From: Elusimicrobiota bacterium
GTDB taxonomy: Bacteria > Elusimicrobiota > Elusimicrobia > UBA1565 > UBA9628
Assembly (NCBI GenBank): GCA_028714015.1
Contig: JAQTNG010000002.1
Coordinates: 1-48,790 of the forward strand
Length of the DNA: 48,790 bases
Direction of reading: 5' to 3'
Below the pieces are notes generated by a model that was not told the origin of the DNA, searched no databases, and was given only the letters and a program-made list of their open reading frames with translations. This document shows, piece by piece, positions 43,636-48,790 of this stretch; position 1 is the first letter of the stretch, and each line of letters starts with the position of its first letter. Position numbers and translations under genes: made by a program.

Positions 43636-44694
43636 ATGGCCAACATGGCGCAGGCCATCCGCATGGCCCTCCACTACGGCGAGCAGAACCTGGGCGTCAC
43701 CGAGATATTCGGCGAGGACGTCGGCCCGCCCCTGGGCGGCGTGTTCACCGCCACGCAGGGCCTGGACCGCGCCTGGAACGCCCCGCTCGACGAGCGCGGT
43801 ATTATAGGAGCGGCATTAGGACTCGCGTGGGCCGGCGGCAGGCCCGTCGCCGAGATCCAGTTCGTCGACTACATCTTCAACGTCATCGACATGCTCAAGC
43901 TCGCCGCCAACGGCCACTGGTCGTCGGGCGGGCGCTACAAGACGCCGATGGTCGTGATGACGCCGACCGGCTCGGGCATCCACGGGAGCATGTATCACTC
44001 GCATTCGTTCGACTCCATCGCCTCGAAGCTGCACGGCATGAAGGTCGTCTGCCCCTCGACGCCGATCGACGCGTACGGCCTGATGATCGCGGCGATCAAG
44101 AGCGACGACCCCGTCCTCTTCCTCAAGCCGAAGGCCCTGCTGCGCTCTAAGGGCGCGGAGCTCATCCCCGGCGAGCCCGCCGACGAGAAGCTCCTGCACG
44201 GCATGATCGACGCGCCTCTCGGCGACCGCACGAAGTGGAAGGCGACGTGGCCGGCGCTGACCGACTACACGGTGGAGATCGGCAAGGCGAAGATCTCCCA
44301 CGCCGGCTCGGACGCGACGATCGTCACCCACGGCCGCATGGCCCCGATCTGCCTCGACGTCGCGCGCAGGTTCGCGGCCGAGGGCAAGGGTTCCCTCGAG
44401 GTTCTCGACCTGCGCTCCCTGATTCCCTACGACTGGGAGGCGATCAAAGCCTCGGTCAAGAAGACCGGCCGGGTCGTCTTCGTCAACGAGGAGACGGAGA
44501 TCACCAACTTCGCCGAGCACCTGATCCGCCGGCTCGTCGACGAATGCTTCTACGAGTTCAAGGTCCGCCCGCGCCTGCTGGCCGGCAAGGCCACCCCGGG
44601 CATCGCCCTGTCGCCGAACCTCGAGTACTTCCTGCAGCCCCAGACGAAGGACGTCGAGCGCGTCGTCTCCGAGCTGCTCGCCGACCCGGCGTAG
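43636..44694 (+). CDS. 2-oxoacid dehydrogenase E1 component beta subunit
   Basis: A GGGAGG RBS lies upstream. Motifs 'GEDVG', 'PLDERGIIGAALGLA' and 'EIQFVDYI' are present. Confidence 0.88.
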   Translation: MANMAQAIRMALHYGEQNLGVTEIFGEDVGPPLGGVFTATQGLDRAWNAPLDERGIIGAALGLAWAGGRPVAEIQFVDYIFNVIDMLKLAANGHWSSGGRYKTPMVVMTPTGSGIHGSMYHSHSFDSIASKLHGMKVVCPSTPIDAYGLMIAAIKSDDPVLFLKPKALLRSKGAELIPGEPADEKLLHGMIDAPLGDRTKWKATWPALTDYTVEIGKAKISHAGSDATIVTHGRMAPICLDVARRFAAEGKGSLEVLDLRSLIPYDWEAIKASVKKTGRVVFVNEETEITNFAEHLIRRLVDECFYEFKVRPRLLAGKATPGIALSPNLEYFLQPQTKDVERVVSELLADPA

Positions 44695-44701
44695 GCCGCC
44701 G

Positions 44702-46180
44702 ATGACGCCGGCCTACCGCGCCCTGCTCGACCGGCTGCGCTCCTTCACCGCGCTGAACAAGGCCGAGGGGCTGCTCTCCTGGGATCACGCGGTGATGATG
44801 CCGCCGGGCGGAGGGTCCTCGCGCGCCGAGGCCTGCGCCGCCGTCGGCTCGGCCATGCACGCGCTCATCGCGGGAGAGGATTTCGGCCGCCTGCTCGACG
44901 CGGCGGAGGCCGACAACCCCCGCGGCCCCGTCGAAGCCGCGATGATCCGCTGGTCCCGGCGCGAGTTCGAGCGCCGCCGCCGCGTCCCGCCCGCGCTCGT
45001 CGAAGAACTCGCCCGCCACGCCTCGCTGAGCCACGGGATCTGGGTGGAGGCGCGGGCCAAGAGCGACTTCGCCGCTTTCCGCCCCGCGCTCGAGAAGATG
45101 TTCGAGCTCAAGCGCCGCCAGGCCGAGGCGCTGGCGCCGTCCGGCGACCTCTACGACGCCTGGCTCCAGGAGTTCGAGCCGGGCATGACCACGGGAGAGG
45201 CGGCCGGCCTGCTCGAGGCGATCCGCGCCGGCCTGGCCCCTCTGGCCAAGAGCGTCCTCGCCCGCGGCCCCAAGGCGCCGGTCCTGTCCGGACGCTTTCC
45301 GATCGACGCGCAGAAGCGCCTCGGCGAGCTGGCCGTGCGCGAGATGGGCTTCGACCTCTCGCGCGGGCGCCTCGACACGGCCGCGCACCCGTTCTGCTGC
45401 TTCCTCGGCCGCGGCGACGTGCGCCTGACCACGCGCTACTTCGAGGACCTGCCTTTCTCGAGCCTGTACTCCTGCCTGCACGAGGCGGGGCACGGCCTGT
45501 ACGAGCAGGGCGTCGCCCCGGAGCTCGACGGGACTCCTCTCGGCACGGGGGCGACGATGGCGATGCACGAGTCCCAGTCGCGCCTGTGGGAGAACGTCGT
45601 CGGCCGAAGCCGCGGCTTCTGGAAGCGCTGGACCCCGCGCTTCCACGAGGCCTTCCCGCAGACGCGCGCGCTCGGCCCCGAGAATTTCTACCGCGCCGTC
45701 AATCGCGTGTCGGCCTCCTGCATCCGCGTCGAGGCCGACGAGCTGACCTACGGCCTTCACGTGATCCTGCGCTTCGAGCTCGAACGCGACCTGCTGGCCG
45801 GCCGCCTGCGCGCGGGGGATCTTCCCGAGGCGTGGAACGCGAAAATGAAGGCGCACCTCGGGATCGTCCCGCCCGACGACGCCCGCGGCGTCCTGCAGGA
45901 CGTGCACTGGGCGGAGGGCCTCATCGGCTACTTCCCGACCTACGTGATCGGCAACGCGATCTCGCTGCAGCTGTGGGAGGCGGCGCTCAAGGCTCGCCCC
46001 GGCATCGAGGCGGAGATCGAGGACGGCGGCGCGCCGTCCCTGCTCTCCTGGCTCGTCGAGAACGTCCACTCCCGCGGCAAGACGGGGACCGCCCAGGAGA
46101 TCGTGGCCGCGGCCACGGGGGGTCCGATCGATCCCGCTGCGTACCTGCGCTACATGACCCAAAAGTACGGAGAGCTATGA
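44702..46180 (+). CDS. Carboxypeptidase Taq-type (M32) metallopeptidase
   Basis: The zinc site 'HEAGHGLYEQG' and 'IRVEADELTYGLHVILRFELE' are present. Confidence 0.88.
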   Translation: MTPAYRALLDRLRSFTALNKAEGLLSWDHAVMMPPGGGSSRAEACAAVGSAMHALIAGEDFGRLLDAAEADNPRGPVEAAMIRWSRREFERRRRVPPALVEELARHASLSHGIWVEARAKSDFAAFRPALEKMFELKRRQAEALAPSGDLYDAWLQEFEPGMTTGEAAGLLEAIRAGLAPLAKSVLARGPKAPVLSGRFPIDAQKRLGELAVREMGFDLSRGRLDTAAHPFCCFLGRGDVRLTTRYFEDLPFSSLYSCLHEAGHGLYEQGVAPELDGTPLGTGATMAMHESQSRLWENVVGRSRGFWKRWTPRFHEAFPQTRALGPENFYRAVNRVSASCIRVEADELTYGLHVILRFELERDLLAGRLRAGDLPEAWNAKMKAHLGIVPPDDARGVLQDVHWAEGLIGYFPTYVIGNAISLQLWEAALKARPGIEAEIEDGGAPSLLSWLVENVHSRGKTGTAQEIVAAATGGPIDPAAYLRYMTQKYGEL

Positions 46181-46530
46181 TTGAACTCGGGATCGAGCTT
46201 CACGACTCGAGGATCGACGAGTTGTCGGTCGAGGATGGAGACCTGCTCCTGACCGGCGTCGTTTACGTTCGCGAGCCGGAAGGGCCGGGCCGTTTCCACG
46301 ACGCCGTCATCCGCGTCAAGGACGGGGAATGCGAGCGCGAAGAGCTCGAGGTTCCTTTCCTTCTGGACGACGGCAGCCTCGTGCTGAACGGCAGCAGGTT
46401 CGACAATGTCCTGCCGTATCCGTTGGAAGCGGAAGGCGAGACGGCCCTGCTCCTGGCGCCGGCGGAATCGAGCGAATTCGTCATTCGCGGCTCGGGCATA
46501 GAAATCAAATTGGTAGAATCGGCCTCATGA
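46177..46530 (+). CDS. Small acidic protein (117 aa), unknown function
   Basis: ATGA overlaps link it to both neighbours (46177-46180 and 46527-46530). G/C third positions are mostly maintained. I recognise no family. Confidence 0.5.
   Translation: MIELGIELHDSRIDELSVEDGDLLLTGVVYVREPEGPGRFHDAVIRVKDGECEREELEVPFLLDDGSLVLNGSRFDNVLPYPLEAEGETALLLAPAESSEFVIRGSGIEIKLVESAS
46511..46519 (+). promoter_or_regulatory. Candidate internal extended -10 element (TGGTAGAAT)
   Basis: TGnTAGAAT ends 7 nt before the ATG at 46527 and lies inside the 3' end of the 117-aa ORF. Confidence 0.3.
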
Positions 46531-47708
46531 ACTCCTCCGACGACAAAGAGCTTGGTTTCTCGACGCGCGCCGTCCACGCGGGACAGTCTCCCGACCCGGC
46601 GACGGGCGCGATCATGACGCCGGTCTATCTGACCTCGACCTACGTCCAGGAGTGGCCGGAGAAGCACAAGGGGTTCGATTACGCTCGAACGGTGCATCCC
46701 ACGCGCAACGCGCTCCAGATGAATTTGGCGTCGTTGGAAGGGGCCTCGTTCGGGCTGTGCTTCGCCTCCGGAATGGCCGCCACCTCGACCGTCATCGAAG
46801 CCCTGTCCTCCGGCGATCACGTCGTCTGCGGCAACGATCTGTACGGCGGAACGTATCGCGTCTTCACGAAAGTGTTCGCCCGTTTTGGAGTGACCTTCAC
46901 CTTCGTCGACACGACCGACCTCGACGCCGTCGAGGCCGCGTTTACCGCCAAGACGAAATTGGTCTGGATCGAGACCCCTTCCAATCCGCTTCTGAAGATC
47001 ACGGACATACGCGCTTTGGCCAAATTGGCGCACGCGAAGAACGCGAAACTGGTCGTCGACAACACCTTCGCCTCTCCCGCGCTCCAGCGCCCTCTGTCCC
47101 TCGGCGCCGACGTGGTCGTCCACTCGACCACCAAGTATCTGGGCGGCCACTCCGACGTCGTCGGCGGCGCGATCCTCACCAGCGACGAGGCTCTCCACAA
47201 GGAGTACAAGTTCCTGCAGAACGCCGTGGGCGCGGTGCCCGGGCCTCTGGATTGCTTTTTGCTCCTGCGCGGAACGAAGACGCTGGCCCTGCGCATCGAG
47301 CGCCATTGCTCGAACGCGATGATCGTCGCCAAGCATCTGTTGTCCCATCCCGAGGTCGCCACGGTTCATTACCCGGGCCTGCCCACTCACGCGGGCCACG
47401 AAACGGCGAAAGGGCAGATGTCCGGCTTCGGCGGCATGATCTCCTTCGAGCTCAAGGGCGACATGGAGCGGGCCAAGCGCATGATCTCGTCGTGCGAGAT
47501 CTTCGCCCTGGCCGAGAGCCTGGGCGGCGTCGAGTCCTTGATCGGCCACCCCGCGTCCATGACGCACGGCTCGATTCCGCGCGAGGAGCGCCTGAAGGCG
47601 GGCCTGACCGACGGCCTGATCCGCCTCTCCGTCGGCATCGAGGACGCGGCCGACCTCACCGCCGACCTCGACCGCGCGCTCGTGCGCAGCCTCTCGGCGA
47701 AGCGCTAA
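46527..47708 (+). CDS. Cystathionine gamma-lyase/gamma-synthase family PLP enzyme
   Basis: The PLP-lysine motif 'HSTTKYLGGHSDV', 'YARTVHPTR' and 'ETPSNPLL' are present. Confidence 0.88.
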   Translation: MNSSDDKELGFSTRAVHAGQSPDPATGAIMTPVYLTSTYVQEWPEKHKGFDYARTVHPTRNALQMNLASLEGASFGLCFASGMAATSTVIEALSSGDHVVCGNDLYGGTYRVFTKVFARFGVTFTFVDTTDLDAVEAAFTAKTKLVWIETPSNPLLKITDIRALAKLAHAKNAKLVVDNTFASPALQRPLSLGADVVVHSTTKYLGGHSDVVGGAILTSDEALHKEYKFLQNAVGAVPGPLDCFLLLRGTKTLALRIERHCSNAMIVAKHLLSHPEVATVHYPGLPTHAGHETAKGQMSGFGGMISFELKGDMERAKRMISSCEIFALAESLGGVESLIGHPASMTHGSIPREERLKAGLTDGLIRLSVGIEDAADLTADLDRALVRSLSAKR

Positions 47709-47709
47709 G

Positions 47710-48630
47710 CTACCAGCTGCCCGAGGAGCCGCCGCCGCCGAAGGAGCCGCCGCCGCCCGAGAATCCGCCTCCTCCGCCGGAGGACCAGCCCCCGCCGCCG
47801 GAGGAGAACCCGCCTCCGCCCATCGTGAATATCTCGGTGTTCCCGTAGAAGACCTTCTTGCCGCCTTTGACGCTGAACTTGCTTCCGATCGCGGTGTGGG
47901 GCAGCAGGCCTTTGATGAAGGGGAATCCGATGAGGTGGGTCATCAGGCAGCCCATGCCGAACCTGACCCCCCAGATCGCCATCGGGAAAGCGGCCCAGAA
48001 CGGGATCAGGAAGAAGTACAGGAACCAGCCCATTCCCGGCGCCGCGAGGCCCACGACCTCGAACAGGCCGAGTATGCCGAAGACGAAGGCGCTCATCATG
48101 AGCTTCTCGAGGAGGCCCAGGCCGTTGAAATCATCGTCTTCTTTCGCCGCGGGCGGCGGGGAATACGTGCCCTCGGCCGCCGCGACGATCGCGTCCACGC
48201 CGGCCGTGACGCCGCCCTCGAAGTCGCCGGCCCGGAAGCGCGGCACGACCTCGTTCTGGATGATGCGGCCCGCGAGCGCGTCGGGCAGCGAGCCCTCGAG
48301 GCCGTGGCCGACCTCGATGCGCAGCTTGCGGTCGCTCTTCGAGATCAAGAACAGGACGCCGTCGTTCTGGCCCTTGCGGCCGAGCGCCCAGGTGCGTGAG
48401 ACCTTGAGCGAGAAATCCTCGAGCGGCTCGCCCTCGAGCGAGTCCAAAGTGAGCACGGCGACCTGATGGCCCGTGCGCGCCTCGAAGTCCTTCAGCTTGC
48501 CCTCGATCGACGCGCTCGCCGCGGCAGAGAGCAGGCCGGCGTGGTCGTTGACGCGCCCCGACAGATAGGGGACCTCGAGCGCGGCGGCGGGCGCGGCGAG
48601 CGCCAGCAGCAGGAGGAGCGCGCGGCTCAA
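47710..48630 (-). CDS. TPM-domain (YgcG-like) membrane protein with a Gly-rich C-terminal tail
   Basis: A signal peptide is followed by 'LSGRVNDHAGLLS', 'QVAVLTL', 'NDGVLFLISKSDRKLRIEVGHGLEG', TM helices and the tail 'GGGGFSSGGGGWSSGGGGG'. The TTG start at 48630 overlaps the upstream stop (TTGA). Confidence 0.8.
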   Translation of the reverse strand: MSRALLLLLALAAPAAALEVPYLSGRVNDHAGLLSAAASASIEGKLKDFEARTGHQVAVLTLDSLEGEPLEDFSLKVSRTWALGRKGQNDGVLFLISKSDRKLRIEVGHGLEGSLPDALAGRIIQNEVVPRFRAGDFEGGVTAGVDAIVAAAEGTYSPPPAAKEDDDFNGLGLLEKLMMSAFVFGILGLFEVVGLAAPGMGWFLYFFLIPFWAAFPMAIWGVRFGMGCLMTHLIGFPFIKGLLPHTAIGSKFSVKGGKKVFYGNTEIFTMGGGGFSSGGGGWSSGGGGGFSGGGGSFGGGGSSGSW

Positions 48631-48790
48631 TGCCCGTCTCCGGTGAGAGGGTCGTCGCCGAGCTCGTTGCCGAAGGAGGGCTTGCCCGCGAATCCGGCGT
48701 CCCGCATGGCCGCGGCCGCCTTCTCGACGGCGGCGCTCAGGCCGTCGGCGGTGCGGCCGTCGGCGGCGTGGGCCGTCATCGCGGCCACCC
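48627..48790 (-). CDS. 3' end of an unidentified CDS (5' part lies outside the window)
   Basis: An open minus-strand frame has nearly all G/C third positions and ends '..KPSFGNELGDDPLTGDGH*' at 48627. It is too short to assign. Confidence 0.4.
   Translation of the reverse strand, partial: VAAMTAHAADGRTADGLSAAVEKAAAAMRDAGFAGKPSFGNELGDDPLTGDGH

Noticed and set aside
47710-47830. A GCC/GCCGCC-rich low-complexity stretch lies at the convergent junction and could be a noncoding repeat.
   Set aside because: It is in frame and encodes the Gly/Ser-rich tail typical of YgcG/TPM proteins ('GGGGFSSGGGGWSSGGGGG').
48627-48790. I expected a LemA-family gene upstream of the TPM-domain gene, which is a common pairing.
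   Set aside because: The visible 54-residue C-terminus ('..AVEKAAAAMRDAGFAGKPSFGNELGDDPLTGDGH') does not resemble LemA C-termini as I recall them. The fragment is too short to assign.

Overview
This is a GC-rich bacterial chromosomal segment with a strong G/C bias at third codon positions, and it is very densely packed. I call about 44 protein-coding genes. I found no rRNA or tRNA gene, no CRISPR array, and no transposase or integrase. The gene content points to a diderm, LPS-type organism: a TonB-dependent receptor, the heptose genes gmhA and hldC, and PBP1C paired with a thioester alpha-2-macroglobulin.

Layout:
- 1-6699 (+): the gatB 3' end, a 1167-aa secreted NHL/Fn3/transglutaminase-like/TPR protein, a small secreted protein, an intrinsic terminator, and a REC-fused GspE/PilB-type ATPase.
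- 6708-19476 (-): one uninterrupted 15-gene same-strand array: nagZ, secreted helical protein, GAF-HD-GYP, rsmI, tsaC, LMW phosphatase, glyA, CheY-like REC, mtnP, cdd, BCCP-like, zinc-ribbon membrane protein, accC, gmhA, hldC. Most junctions are start/stop overlaps.
- 19524-20430 (+): two tandem stand-alone cNMP-binding-like paralogs.
- 20432-28389 (-): the alpha-2-macroglobulin/pbpC operon.
- 28444-29467 (-): a Mut7-C-type nuclease and ssb.
- 29600-32319 (+): a TonB-dependent receptor and a periplasmic binding-like protein.
- 32316-33634 (-): an alpha/beta hydrolase and an orphan secreted protein.
- 33759-47708 (+): doxX, dnaX, recR, cystathionine beta-synthase, a PEPK-repeat/TPR protein, a polytopic membrane-TPR protein, a PAS protein, 2-oxoacid dehydrogenase E1 alpha/beta, an M32 carboxypeptidase, a small acidic ORF, and cystathionine gamma-lyase.
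- 47710-48790 (-): a TPM-domain protein and a partial ORF.

I did not find a clear self-contained novel multi-gene system such as a defence island. The observations most worth following up are:
1. A recurring extended -10 motif that ends 5-7 nt before operon-first start codons. This implies leaderless mRNAs and includes a back-to-back divergent pair at 19483-19517.
2. A perfect 21-bp inverted repeat that carries both -35 boxes of a divergent promoter pair (33664-33731).
3. A BCCP homolog that appears to lack the biotinyl-lysine motif and is separated from accC by a zinc-ribbon membrane protein.
4. Tandem cNMP-binding-like proteins that lack the phosphate-binding arginine.
5. An orphan REC-GspE ATPase next to a giant NHL/transglutaminase-like protein that is translationally coupled to gatB.

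All motif alignments were done by eye.
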